Source: Sminthopsis crassicaudata
Taxonomy: Eukaryota
Length of the DNA stretch: 64,000 nucleotides
Direction of reading: 5' to 3'
Assembly: GCF_048593235.1 (NCBI RefSeq)
Contig: NC_133620.1
Coordinates: 99,264,852-99,328,851 of the forward strand
Numbering within the stretch: position 1 is the first letter of the stretch; every line of letters starts with the position of its first letter. The position numbers were made by a program, and so were the translations under genes. Below the pieces are notes generated by a model. The model saw only the letters and a program-made list of their open reading frames with translations. It had not been told where the DNA came from and did not search any database. Shown here in pieces: positions 1-13,020 of the stretch.

Positions 1-1330
1 GTACTAATTTCCTATTAGGACTACATAACTTGCATCTTCCCCAATATACTGTAAGCTCCTTGAAGACAGGGACTGCCTTTTGTATCCTCAGTGCTTAGCA
101 CAGTGCCTGGCACATAAATATTTAACATAAATCAAAGAAATAAATATTTGCTAATTTATTGAAGAGAGGAGAGGAATAAGCTGAGATCCTGCAGCTGATT
201 GACCCACCCAGCAAATATGTTGCCTCCAGAAGGAGCAAGATATTTAATTTAAATAACCCAAGATATTAAAAAGGGCATGAGGAACCTACAGTGGCAGGGC
301 AATCTTGAACTCATTCATGAAGAAAGTGTCTCTCACCTAGTATATACTCTATATGTGTGCTCATTCTTTCTGTGGATACTGGAGATAACTGCAGGAATTA
401 GTGGGGGAATATTTTGTAGCTGTTGTTCTCATGATACCATCTCAGAAAAAGCCTTTGTTTATGCTCTTTCTGCAAATTTTCTGATTATTTAGGATAACCA
501 TTTTAGTGATGACTTCTTAGTTATGTTTTAGTAGTGAAGACCCATAGAGTGCTCTGAACCTGGAATGATTATTCCTTGAGAAACTCAACCCTCAAGTACA
601 AAATGTTGGGAGCTCCTAGAGAGGATGTTACATTCACAAGAATACTTAGAAGTAGGGGAGTATAGCTATTATTATCCCCATTTTACAGGGAAGGAAACTG
701 AGGACTTTGAGAAGATAAGATATATGGGAGAGGGGGATTTTCATTATTAGCTACTAACTATTGCAAACAGGACTCAAACCTAGAGTTTCTGATTCTTAGC
801 TCAATACTCATTTCAGGGCTTTATGTTTCCTGCCTTGAGGGAAGGATGCATTAAGGAAGACAGGATGGAGGAGAGAATCTGAGTGAAGCTGGTTGGGGAC
901 TCTCCTTCCTGCCAAAGTCTGCTGAATAGGATACAAAAACCACACTACAATTCATCCCATCTGTCTAAATGTATAGAGTTAGACTAGACCTTAGGGAAGA
1001 CCTTTTCTATTCTTTATATTCTTAATACAGGCTAAAGTATGTTGCAGGTATGGGGAGTGGGAGTAGGGATGGAGAATGGTCTGCTCTCCATTTGGATATT
1101 GAAATTCAACGAGGAAAAATAAGTTTAACTGTAACAAATTAAGAGTGAGGAATAGCGTTTAGTACAATTAAATATAATAATAATTAAATTAAGCATCTAT
1201 TATGTATATAGCACTCTGTTGGCTTCTGAGGATACAAGGATAAAATAAAAATCTCTGTCCTCCAAGAGCTAACACTAATAAATTAATACCTTCTATAGCA
1301 AATATATTCGAAGATTGGGTGGGGCAAAGG

Positions 1331-1750
1331 TTATTGTTGTTCAGTTGTGTCTGTCTCATTCTTTGTGACTCCATGGACATCCACTATCTGTCAAAGTCTG
1401 TTCAGTTCCTGTTGGTTATTTCCATGAGATTATCCATCCACTTCATTCGCTGCCATCTCCTTTTCCTTTTATCTTTAATCTTTCTCTACATCAGAGTCTT
1501 TCCCAATGGGTGCCATCTTCTTATTAAATGGCCAAAGTATTTAAGCTTCAGATTTAGTAGCTGACCTTCCAGCAAATAGCCTGGATTAATTTCTTAAAGG
1601 ATTGATGGATTTGATCTCCTTGCTGTCCAAAGTGCTCTCGAAAGTCTTCAGCACCCCAACTTAATAGCATCGATTCTGAGGTACTCAAATGTCCTTATTT
1701 TCTCACAAGCCATACATTGTTACAGGAAAAAATCATAGCTGTCCCTATTA
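1331..1750 (-). mobile_element. RTE-BovB-clade LINE, degraded 3' fragment
   Basis: Plus-strand text such as GGCCAAAGTATTTAAGCTTCAG...GATTGATGGATTTGATCTCCTTGCTGTCCAAAGTGCTCTCGAAAGTCTTC resembles the reverse complement of the BovB/ART2A 3' end as recalled; it begins with the (GTT)n-like tail. Confidence 0.75.
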
Positions 1751-2290
1751 AGGGTCATTGCTACTGGAAAAATGATACTAGAAATAACAAGACCTGGAAT
1801 CTCAATTTCTGAATAGCAATCTTTGATATTCATTCATTCTTCTCCCTCTTCCAGCCTTCCCTGAGGCAAGGGCCTCTGGCTGGGCATCTATGAGAAGAAT
1901 CCAAGCCCTCTGAGTCTCACTTGGGTTTTCCATAGTTACTGATTGATTGTGTCCAAAAGTGAAGTGGAAATCAGAAGTCTGGGCCTGGGGAAGGAGGGAT
2001 CCAAGGATCATAGGGTAGTAGAGCTTCAAGGACTCTAGAGATCTAATTAGCCCCATATTTTTTTTCAAGTTAAGAAACTGGCCAGGAAAGTTGAATGAAT
2101 GGTCCAAAGTCATGTAGAAATAAGAATTTTCATCTAAAATGGAGTAATTGGTCCTTTCCAACTTTTGGATTCTATAACCATATAACTGTCTCTTGATTCC
2201 TGATCCATAAATCTTACAGGGAGGGAAAGAAAATAAAAGGGGGGACACAAAGAGACAGAGACAGAGAGAAAGGAAGGAGACAATCAGACA

Positions 2291-2294
<4 letters not shown>

Positions 2295-2340
<46 letters not shown>
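2295..2340. repeat. (CA)23 microsatellite
   Basis: Perfect dinucleotide run, directly visible. Confidence 0.95.
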
Positions 2341-2342
<2 letters not shown>

Positions 2343-4489
2343 AATCAGTGGGAATGTGGGAAGGAATGAACGAGGCCCATGAGATCTACCTAGCACTCTG
2401 CCCAGCATGTCTGCCACGGCCAGAATAACTCAATAACTCTGATGGAATAGAGAAACAGGAAACCACACTAACTTCCTCTCATTCTCCCTTTCTCCCTACC
2501 CCCTTTTCCCTGACCATTCCATCCTGAGTTCTGCTGAGTTTAGAATCACTTCCATCCAGAAGACTCTCATTAACCCCTCCCTCTGTCCCCGAGAGCCCTC
2601 CCCCACTCCCTCTACATGTGATCCTCTTCCCCCATCCTCAGGAACAGAAGATCCAAGGGAAAAGTGAATTACAGATTAGCAGGAGAGTTTGGGGAAGAGC
2701 CAGTCGTGGTAACCATTTTAGAGAGACAAGGGATAAATCATTCAGGCCATGATGATATCAGGTCCTGTCTCACTGGACAGAATAGAACCTCCAGTTCACA
2801 ACTCCTTATTAATCATTCATCACAGAGAACTGCCATCTTAATTCAGAACACAGGAGCTTTTATCTCTCCTCCTGGCTCTGGATCAGCCAGCCACACTTCT
2901 AACAATGGCTTTGGATTCCTAGAGATTTGTTCATGCGCTTTTGCTCTCCAAAGCATATCTGTTCTTAGTTTTCATGAGGGGTCAGAGACAGAAAAGAACT
3001 TAAATGTGAATTATTCCATTCCTTCTTTTTAGAGATGGGGGAAACTGAGTTCCAGAGAAGTGACAAAAGCTTACTAGTAAGAACCAGGGCTAGTTCATGA
3101 ATGCACAATGTTCTATGTTGCCCTTCTAGGTGTATTTGAGAAAACATAAAGCGTCTCATTTGTCTGGGACAGAATACTGCCTGGAGACAGGAGGGTACCA
3201 AATGGCCTCTCCGGTTTCCCATCATCCTCTGATCCCCCCTCCCTCCATCTTCATAAAGGGTCACATTTCATGTGTAACCCTGCCTCTGGCCATCTGAAAT
3301 GACTTTTCTCTTCTTCCCCCATCTCCATCCTTTTGGCTCTTCATTCGCCACTAATGGATTTCTCCCTCTTGGATTCCTGGCATAGATTCAGGGTGAAGTC
3401 TTTATGCATTGCTATTGATTTAAAGATATCAACAACAGCAAGTTTAAACATTATTATGATATAACAACTGTTCACACCCAACCTCTCTCAGGAATTCCCA
3501 GCACTTAACAAGTCTCCTGTGTAAGTACCATTTTTCTAGTGCTGGAAAAAAAGTGAAATAACCAGAAAATTATTATGGAAGCCAGGAAGAGCTGAGTTCA
3601 AGTCCCAGCCTCTGCCACAAACCATCTGGGGATGAATCCTGGTAAGACGTTAAATCTCTCAACAACCCAAGATTTTAAGTTGTATATCTGCCTCAGTAGG
3701 GGTAGTGTCCCCAACTGGGAAATGCCAATTTCCCAGTGATACCAATGAAGTCATTCTTTATTCCTCTCCTCATTCTGCTTCTCCTCCTTCAAACATCAAC
3801 ATTACGGTCCCCTTTTCAGCTTCCTTTTAAGTGTTGCCTTCCCTCATTAGAACAGCTTTTGAGGGCATGGGTTTTCTTTCTTTTTTATGTGTTTGTATCC
3901 CCAGTGCTTTGCAAAGGGTCTAGTATGTTTAATAAATGCTTGCTGACTTGGGAAAAGACAGAAATTTTTCTAAAATGAGATTGTTTTTCCTCTTATTCTT
4001 CCTCAAATTCCAACCTTGCTAGGAGTAGAGAGTGAAGAGAGATTTGTAATAATATGGACTAAGAAATCTGCCTCATTTCAGTGACGGCTTCAGATTGGTT
4101 TGGAAAAAGTCAAGTCCTAAAATAGATCAAAGCCATGAATTGAGTAATAAAGTATTTTAACATAACAGAGTAGCAAATCTGCCATCCTGGGGGATGTCCC
4201 ATGAGTTCGGAGCATAATGGATTTCCCCACCAAGAGACCCATGAAAGATTTTACTTTTAGGAGGGCAGGGAGAGGAGGTAGTAGGAGGCAGCAAGGCCTG
4301 GTCAGGAGATCCCAGTGGCCCCTGGCAATCCAAGCAAGGAAAACCACTGAACAGAAGGAGCAAGGGGGCAAGGACATTAGAAGCCCAGACCTAGCTCAGC
4401 TCGGTTCCTTCAGAAGTAAAATCCCTCAATGCAGGAATTTGGGGTGTGGTTCACCTCAACCTAATCAAGAGTAAATATCTTGATTCAGA

Positions 4490-4795
4490 CCTTTTCCAAT
4501 GATCTTGTGATGATGAGAGCCATCTACACCCAGAGAGAAGACTGTGGGAACTGAGGGTGAATTACAACATAGCATTCTCACTCTTTTTGTGTAGTTTGCT
4601 TGAATTTTCTTTTCTTTCTTTCTTTTTTTTTTAATTTTGGATCTGATTTTTCTTGTGCAGCAAGATAATTGTATAAATCTGTATGCCTATATGGGAGTTA
4701 ACATGTATTTTACCATATTTGACATATATTGGATGATATGCCATCTAGGGGAGGGCGGGAGGAGAAGGTGGGGAAATTGGAACACAAGGTTTTTC
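4490..4795 (+). mobile_element. Marsupial L1 3' UTR (older family), left part, interrupted by a younger L1
   Basis: TTCCAATGATCTTGTGATGATGAGAGCCATCTACACCCAGAGAG... matches the L1 3' UTRs at 30600-31010 and 50270-50630. Confidence 0.8.
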
Positions 4796-6657
4796 TTTTT
4801 TTTTTTTTTTTTTTTTTTTATTATTTTATTTTTTTTTTATTATATATATATATATATATATTTTATAATATTATCCCTTGTATTCATTTTTCCAATTTAC
4901 CCCCCCTCCCTCTATTCCCTCCCCCCGACGACAGGCAATACCATACATTTTACATGTGTTACAATATAGTCTAGGTACAATACATGTGTGCGAATATCAT
5001 TTTCTTGTTGCACAATAAACATTAGAATCCGAAGGTACATGCAACCTGGGCAGACAGATATTAGTGCTAACAATTTTCATTCCCCTCCCAGTGTTTCTTC
5101 TCTGGGTGCAGCTACCTCTGTCCATCATTGATCAACTGGAGGTGAGTTGGATCTTCTTTATGTTGAAGATTTCCACCTCCATCAGAATACATCCTCATAC
5201 AGTATTGTTGTTGAAGTGTACAGTGATCTTCTGGTTCTGCTCATTTCACTCAGCATCAGTTGATTTAAGTCTCTCCAGGCCTCTCTGTATTCCTCCTGCT
5301 GGTCATTTCTTACAGAGCAATAATATTCCATAACCTTCATATACCACAATTTACCCAACCATTCTCCAACTGATGGACATCCATTCATCTTCCAGTTTCT
5401 AGCTACAACAAAAAGAGCTGCCACAAACATTTTGGCACATATATGTCTCTTTCCGCTCTTTAGTATTTCTTTGGGATATAATCCCAGTAGTAGCGCTGCT
5501 GGGTCAAAGGGTATGCACAGTTTGATAACTTTTTGGGCATAATTCCAGATTGCTCTCCAGAATGGCTGGATTCTTTCACAACTCCACCAGCAATGTATTA
5601 GTGTCCCAATTTCCCCACATCCCCTCCAACATTTGTCATTATTTGTTCCTGTCATCTTAGCCAATCTGACAGGTGTGTAGTGGTATCTCAGAGTGGTCTT
5701 AATTTGCATTTCTCTGATCAGTAGTGATTTGGAACACTCTTTCATGTGAGTGGATATAGTTTCAATTTCTTCCTCTGAGAATTGTCTGTTCATATCCTTT
5801 GACCATTTATCAATTGGAGAATGGTTCGGTTTCTTATAAATTTGGGTCAGTTCTCTATATATTTTGGAAATGAGACCTTTGTCAGAACCTTTGTTTTTAA
5901 AAATATTTTCCCAATTTGTTACTTCCCTTCTAATCTTGTTTGCATTAGTATTATTTGTACAGAAACTTTTTAGTTTGATGTAATCAAAATCTTCTATTTT
6001 GTGATCAATAATGATCTCTAGTTCTCCTCTGGTCATAAATTCCTTCCTCCTCCACAAGTCTGAGAGGTAGATTATCCTCTGTTCCTCTAATCTATTTATT
6101 ATCTCCCTCTTTATGCCTAAATCATGGACCCATTTTGATCTTATCTTGGTATATGGTGTTAAGTGTGGATCCATATCTAATTTCTGCCAGACTAATTTCC
6201 AGTTTTCCCAACAGTTTTTTCCGAATAATGAATTTTTATCCCTAATGTTGGAATCTTTGGGTTTGTCAAAGATTAGATTGCTATAGATGTACCCTTTTTT
6301 GTCCTTTGTATCTAATCTGTTCCACTGATCTACCGGTCTATTTCTTAGCCAATACCAAATGGTTTTGGTGACTGCTGCTATATAATATAGCTTTAGATCA
6401 GGTACACTTAGACCACCTTCCTCTGAGTTTTTTTTTCATTAGTTCCCTTGCAATTCTTGACCTTTTATTCTTCCATATGAATTTTGTTGTTATTTTTTCT
6501 AGGTCATTAAAATAGTTTCTTGAGAGTCTGATTGGTATAGCACTAAATAAATAGATTAGTTTGGGGAGTATTGTCATCTTTATTATATTCGCTCGGCCTA
6601 TCCAAGAGCACTGAATGTCTTTCCAATTATTTAAATCTGATTTTATTTTTGTGGCAA
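4796..6657 (-). mobile_element. Young 5'-truncated L1 (about 1.86 kb) with poly(A)/(TA)n tail and 17-bp TSD
   Basis: Poly-T at the left end; TSD GGAACACAAGGTTTTTC at 4779-4795 and 6658-6674; ORF2 C-terminus present. Confidence 0.95.
5182..6657 (-). pseudogene. L1 ORF2p C-terminal portion (post-RT region and CCHC knuckle), 5'-truncated, one frameshift
   Basis: Peptides WKDIQCSWIGRANIIKMTILPKLIYLF, GGLSVPDLKLYY and CWRGCGEIGTLIHCWWSC; the frame is open from about 6430 to the stop at 5182; a +1 shift lies in the T9 run at 6428-6436. Confidence 0.92.
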
Positions 6658-6750
6658 GGAACACAAGGTTTTTCAAGGGTCAATGTTGAAAAAATTATCC
6701 TTGCATATGTTTTGAAAATAAAAAACTTCAACAAAAATAATAACAAAATA
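6658..6750 (+). mobile_element. Marsupial L1 3' end, right part, with AATAAA and A-rich tail
   Basis: Continues the 4490-4795 sequence across the TSD: ...GGTCAATGTTGAAAAAATTATCCTTGCATATGTTTTGAAAATAAAAA. Confidence 0.8.
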
Positions 6751-9714
6751 TTTTTTTAAAAGAGTAAACATTTTAAAAGAGGAATGTAAAGACATTGCTG
6801 AAATTCTGATCATTGAGGGAGAGGCAGCTCATACTATATTTGGTATTTCCAATTTCTATCATTATATTAATAATCTTTTCCATTATAGTTCAGAAACTTG
6901 CACTAAACCCTGAAACTGGCTTCCAGCTAGCTAACCAGCTAGGGGAAATTATCCAGAGGTTTCTTTTGTTACTTAGACTCTTCTAGTTATTAACCCCTCT
7001 TTAAGCTGTCTCCAACACTAAATTTGCCAATGACTTTTAGATATTCATCTATCTGGAAACTTGAAGCTGTAGCTGTAACTTTTCTACCCTTTTCTATTTC
7101 ACATGCATACCTCAAACAGAACAAGACTCCAATTCTGTCCCTATCCACCCTTTTTGACCACGTCAACTGATTTCTCCTTGCTTTGTTTCTGGGTGTGTTT
7201 AGGAGCACCACTCCTCCTGCCACCTGCCCAACCCATTTTAGAGTGGTTAGCCACCTGTCCCTCCATCTATCTGTTCCCCTTTGTAATCTTTCCTTTAGTT
7301 TTAACAGCCACAATGGTTTCTCCTTTTGATGGTTTGTGGGTTTACCTGCCTCTGCACATTCTTCCACCCGCCCATTTGTCTTTCAGTACCCTCCCCTGTC
7401 CTGGTATATTGTCTGCCTATGTCTCAGCATTTCTCCCCTGTCTTCACATTCTATTCTCCATCTCACTTTGTGTCCCTCCATCTTTCCTTCCCTCCCCTAC
7501 TTGGGAAATTCCAGCTCTCAGTTTAGGCAGAGCTTTTGTGTAAAGGCCAGTTAAATTCATTTTTTTTTTAAATTCTACTGGCTTTGGAGCCTGATTCACT
7601 AAGCAAAATGATTCTAAGTTTGATTTGGCTCAACTTTTCCCAACTCACTTCTGAGTGACTTGGATTGACACATTGACACATATCTTTCTCAATGGCAAAG
7701 TCCCACTAAATGGGAGTCTGAGGCCCAATCAAGGAATGGAAACAGAGAGGCGGTGGATTTGAACACTGACTGCTTCTCCCATACTTCCTCCCTAAGATGC
7801 TTGAATTTTTAAGACTTCCATGTTTACATAGAGTTGACAAAGAATCCTTAAATCTTCCTAGAGTTCCTGGGAAGACAAATTATAAAGATCTTCCAAAGAA
7901 GACTGGATGAGACTCCCTATGTTTTCTTCTCTCCTTGGCTGATGGGTGTCGGATATCTGCCATACTCCCTATTCATGAACCATCCCAGGCATCTCCTTGC
8001 CTTAGTGCCCTCCCATCAAAGCTGCTGCTGCTGCAGCTGTTACAACCCCCTTGTTTCTTCTTGGCCATACCACTAAATATTAATTATCAAATCAATACTC
8101 ACCGGTTGTCCTATACTCTCATCATCCCTTTCAACTTCCCATAACAAAACATCTTTCCCTAGCCATGGCTTCCCTACATGTGTTTTCTCTTCTACTAGGT
8201 TTACCTTCTTGAGAGCAAGAACTGTCCAATTTTTAAAAAATTTGTAACCCTAGAACTTAACACAATGTTTGATATAAATAAGCCAATTTTTTTTTAAAAA
8301 TTACAGTATTATCTAAATTAATTTATTTATTCAATATTATGTCATTCAGACTATTAAAGGATTATTTTGTTGAGCTAGGAAAAATATAGAAAGTCATCTG
8401 GAGGATTGAAATTTTTTCTTATGAAGTGTAATTTTTCAAAAGTGGAAAGTTTGGGTGTCAAGCAATTCTGAATTTCAAGGTATATTATAAGGCAGTTGTC
8501 ACAAAAATGATTTGCTTATAAGTCTGGTTGATGAGTTCCTCCCTAGAGCTTCATTTGAGAAAGTTCAAATGGTACCACAATAGCCATGCACTCTTCCAAC
8601 CTAGTTCAGCTCCCCAGAATAGTTATTTTTTTTTACTTTGCCTACCCTCCCCTGAACCTCTGCTTTCCTTTATGTGCTGTCTTCCCCCATAAGAATTTAA
8701 GTTCTTTGGAAGCACAAGCTGTCTTTCTTTTGCTTCTATCTGTACTTCCAAAAAAGGCCAAGGTCTCCCACTGCATCCAAAGACATTTTCAGTTTTCCTG
8801 AGCTGTATCTTACCACTGATCTCAGGTCGTCTGGAAGAGAAAATGAGGTTGGATATTTTGCATAGTCCACCCTCACTGAAATCCAATTCACTTGTAAATC
8901 ATGACATCACCTTCCTGATGTCAAGAATGAAGGACAAACAATATCTGTACTCCCAGTGCTTGGCACAGTTTTTGGTATATAGTAAGAATTTAATAAATGC
9001 TCTCTGTGTATATATTTATCTCTTATTTCTGTTTGCCTGTCTANNNNNNNNNNNNNNNNNNNNNNNNNNNNNNNNNNNNNNNNNNNNNNNNNNNNNNNNN
9101 NNNNNNNNNNNNNNNNNNNNNNNNNNNNNNNNNNNNNNNNNNNNNNNNNNNNNNNNNNNNNNNNNNNNNNNNNNNNNNNNNNNNNNNNNNNNNNNNNNNN
9201 NNNNNNNNNNNNNNNNNNNNNNNNNNNNNNNNNNNNNNNNNNNNNNNNNNNNNNNNNNNNNNNNNNNNNNNNNNNNNNNNNNNNNNNNNNNNNNNNNNNN
9301 NNNNNNNNNNNNNNNNNNNNNNNNNNNNNNNNNNNNNNNNNNNNNNNNNNNNNNNNNNNNNNNNNNNNNNNNNNNNNNNNNNNNNNNNNNNNNNNNNNNN
9401 NNNNNNNNNNNNNNNNNNNNNNNNNNNNNNNNNNNNNNNNNNNNNNNNNNNNNNNNNNNNNNNNNNNNNNNNNNNNNNNNNNNNNNNNNNNNNNNNNNNN
9501 NNNNNNNNNNNNNNNNNNNNNNNNNNNNNNNNNNNNNNNNNNNNNNNNNNNNNNNNNNNNNNNNNNNNNNNNNNNNNNNNNNNNNNNNNNNNNNNNNNNN
9601 NNNNNNNNNNNNNNNNNNNNNNNNNNNNNNNNNNNNNNNNNNNNNNNNNNNNNNNNNNNNNNNNNNNCTTTGTCTTTTTTTATCAGTCTGTCTGTCTCTA
9701 TTTCTGCCTAATGA

Positions 9715-10290
9715 TTAAAAACTTGGAGGTTGATCAGTGGAGCAGATAAGGTACATAACATTCAGAAACAAAGAAGTCTAGTGATTCATCTCTACAGGGG
9801 CAAAGATTTACTAGGCAACAAAAACTGCTGGGAAAATCAGAAAGCAGTCTGGCAGAAATTAGGTTTAGACCAACACATCAGACTATATAGCCACATTGGC
9901 TTCATGGATGAATACATGATTTAAATATAAAAGGTCTCTTCATAATCAAATTACAGGAATGAGGGAACAATTCCTTTCTTATTTATGGGTAGAGGAAGAA
10001 TTCATGACCAAACAAGGGTTATAGAAGATCACAGAAGATAAAATGGACAGTTTTGATTACATTAAAAAGTTTTTGCACAGACAAGATCAATGCTGCTAAA
10101 ATTAGAGACGAAACATCTAGCTGAGAAAAAAAGACTTGCAGAATGTTTCTCTGATAAAGATTTCATTTCCAAGATATATGAGAAACTGATGCAAATTTAT
10201 ATCATTCTCTAACTAATAAATGGTCAAAGGGTATTTTCCCCCTTTTCTCAAGGGAACAAAAGATCCAAGCTACTAATAACCATATGGAAT
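9715..10290 (+). mobile_element. Old L1 ORF2 fragment
   Basis: Degenerate AAAAACTGCTGGGAAAATCAGAAAGCAGTCTGGCAGAAATTAGG (NCWENxKAVWQKLGLD). Confidence 0.75.
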
Positions 10291-10672
10291 TAAAGCTGCT
10301 ACAAACATTTTGCACATGTGGGTTATTCCCCCCATTTTTATGATCTATTTAGGAAACAGATCCAGTAGAGAGACTACTGGATCAAAGGATATTCACAGTT
10401 CCGAATGCATAGTTCCGAATTGTTCTCCAGAATGGTTGGATTCTTTCACAACTCCACCAACTATGCATCAGTGTCCCAGTTTTCCCACATGCCCTCTAAC
10501 ATTCATCATTATCTTTTCCTGTCATCTTAGCCAATCTGACAGGTGTGAAGTGATACCTCAGAGTTGTTTTAATTTGCATTTCTCTCATCAATAGTGATTT
10601 AAAACAATCTTTATATGACTAGAAATTGTTTTAATTTCTTCATCTGAAAATTGTCTGTTCATATCCTTTGAT
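10291..10672 (-). mobile_element. L1 ORF2 3' fragment, antisense
   Basis: High similarity to 5400-5790 (GTCATCTTAGCCAATCTGACAGGTGTG...AATTTGCATTTCTCT). Confidence 0.85.
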
Positions 10673-13020
10673 AGATCATTTGCCCAATCAAAGGATATGA
10701 ATAGACAATTTTCATATACCATGTTTAAAGGGCTTTATTCTTATAACATCCTCCATTCATTACCTAGCTTTGTTTATTTCTTCCGTGTATTTTTATTTTA
10801 AATTTAAATTTTTATTAGTCTCTTCAGAAAATCTTTTTTTCCCTCTTCTTTGGAATTGCTTCCCTTTAATTCTTGAGAATTTCATCCTTCAATGTCTCCC
10901 ATTCGTCTTAGATTGACTTCCACTGAGTATTTGAACTATACTTTACTAAATCTTGGGCACACGTCAGACTATGCTTCCTTCTTTATCCCAAATTCTATAA
11001 TAAATGAGTCACTTAACCCCACAGTTTCCATCTTTCCCCTAGGCAACCATTTCTTCCCTTTTAGTGAGAATCAGTTGCAGAATAGAATTTCCCTTTAGAA
11101 ATTCTAGTGAAATTTTTCCATCTTCCATTTTGAAAGATAAAATTATCATCGAAGGCAAGTCAAGAAGTTCTTAACTTCTCTAGTTTTATCACCAAAAGAT
11201 GTCTAGGAGGTCTGAATCACTGAAGTCCAATAATTAATATTACTATATCATACTTTTTTGCCAAGCATATGGTCTGTTTCTCCATCTCCTCATCTAGTTC
11301 TTTTTTCTGTCCAAATCATCTGTAATATACACCAATGACAAAAATCATTTCTGTTTCTCTTCATTTGACCTTCACTTGAATTTTCTTTGTCATGCTTCCC
11401 CTGTCTGTTTCCTTTTTAAATTCATATTAATATGTCTTCTAACCCTTTGACTTTTTACATTTTGAATAAGGTATACCCATTCAGAGTTATTATCCAATCA
11501 TGGGGTTGTATCACTTATTTATTGTTACTGTTCAGTCATGTCTGGTTTTTCATGACTCCATTTGGTTATTTTAATTATTTTTTGACAAATACTGAAGTGG
11601 TTTTACATTTCCTTCTCTAGTTCACTTTACATATGGGAAAACTAAAACAAACAGGGTTAAGTGACTTGCCCAGTTAGTAAGTGTCTAAGGCTGAATTTAA
11701 ACTCAGGTCTTCCTTGACTCCAAGCTTGATACTCTAGGTACTGTACCTCCTGTCTCTCCATCTCACATACACACACACACACATACAGAGAGAGAGAAGG
11801 AAAGAGAAAAAGAGGAGGAANNNNNNNNNNNNNNNNNNNNNNNNNNNNNNNNNNNNNNNNNNNNNNNNNNNNNNNNNNNNNNNNNNNNNNNNNNNNNNNN
11901 NNNNNNNNNNNNNNNNNNNNNNNNNNNNNNNNNNNNNNNNNNNNNNNNNNNNNNNNNNNNNNNNNNNNNGAGNNNNNNNNNNNNNNNNNNNNNNNNNNNN
12001 NNNNNNNNNNNNNNNNNNNNNNNNNNNNNNNNNNNNNNNNNNNNNNNNNNNNNNNNNNNNNNNNNNNNNNNNNNNNNNNNNNNNNNNNNNNNNNNNNNNN
12101 NNNNNNNNNNNNNNNNNNNNNNNNNNNNNNNNNNNNNNNNNNNNNNNNNNNNNNNNNNNNNNNNNNNNNNNNNNNNNNNNNNNNNNNTACACAGATATGG
12201 AGGGATTGCTATCTTTATTGGTGGAAGAAGTCCACATGCCTTAGATCCTCTAACTCCTAGTCTGTACCATATTCCCTCTTCATTGTCTTTTCCTTTTTAT
12301 GTGTTCTTCCCCATACCTCTTTTCTACTGCCTCTTGGGTATTTAGTGATCTCACATGGCCTTTAAGATAAAAGTTCTCTAAGTCAGCTTCATGTGATCTA
12401 AGAAGTGAATTTACATTAAGGAAATAGTTACCCTGCCTGGGGGGATTTGCATTTAAAAACAGAACTTTTTGGAGCATTTGTTTAATGAAGAGGTAGCTTG
12501 GTATAATGATGGAAAGATTAGAAGTTAGTAATAAATTTAAAAATATGAAAAAAATTTGGAATTCAAAATCTTATTTAAAAAATGAAAGCTGAAGCTTGTC
12601 TTTACATATAATTGCAAAAAATAAATTGCTATTAAAAAAAAAGATTAGAAGTCAGATGATCTTGGCTCTCCTACATGCCAGCGGTATGTCTTTAATCACA
12701 ACTAACGATTTTTACACCTGAGGCAACCCTAACACAATGCTAGCTTCTGCTCACTTGCTAGAGTTGGGGATCAGGAAACTTGGACACTTTGAGGGACGTA
12801 GAGCTCTTTGGGGAAAGACTGCTTCTGAGGGGTTATTGAGGTGTTTAATGGCAAGTCTCAGAATATTGTTGAGAGAAGGGGCAAGGAAGATTTGGGGAAG
12901 ACCTTAGGAAGAAGCTCATCTTGGATACAACCACTGGGAAGCAGAAGCCTTATAAACTTCCTGTTTTAAGTGATTCTTTTTGCTAACCAGGCAAAAAGCT
13001 CTGTTGTTTAAACATAGTGT

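Noticed and set aside
1802-3032. ORFs of 163 aa (-) and 122 aa (+)
   Set aside because: Non-ATG starts in or near simple repeats, no recognisable domain, no convincing splice context.
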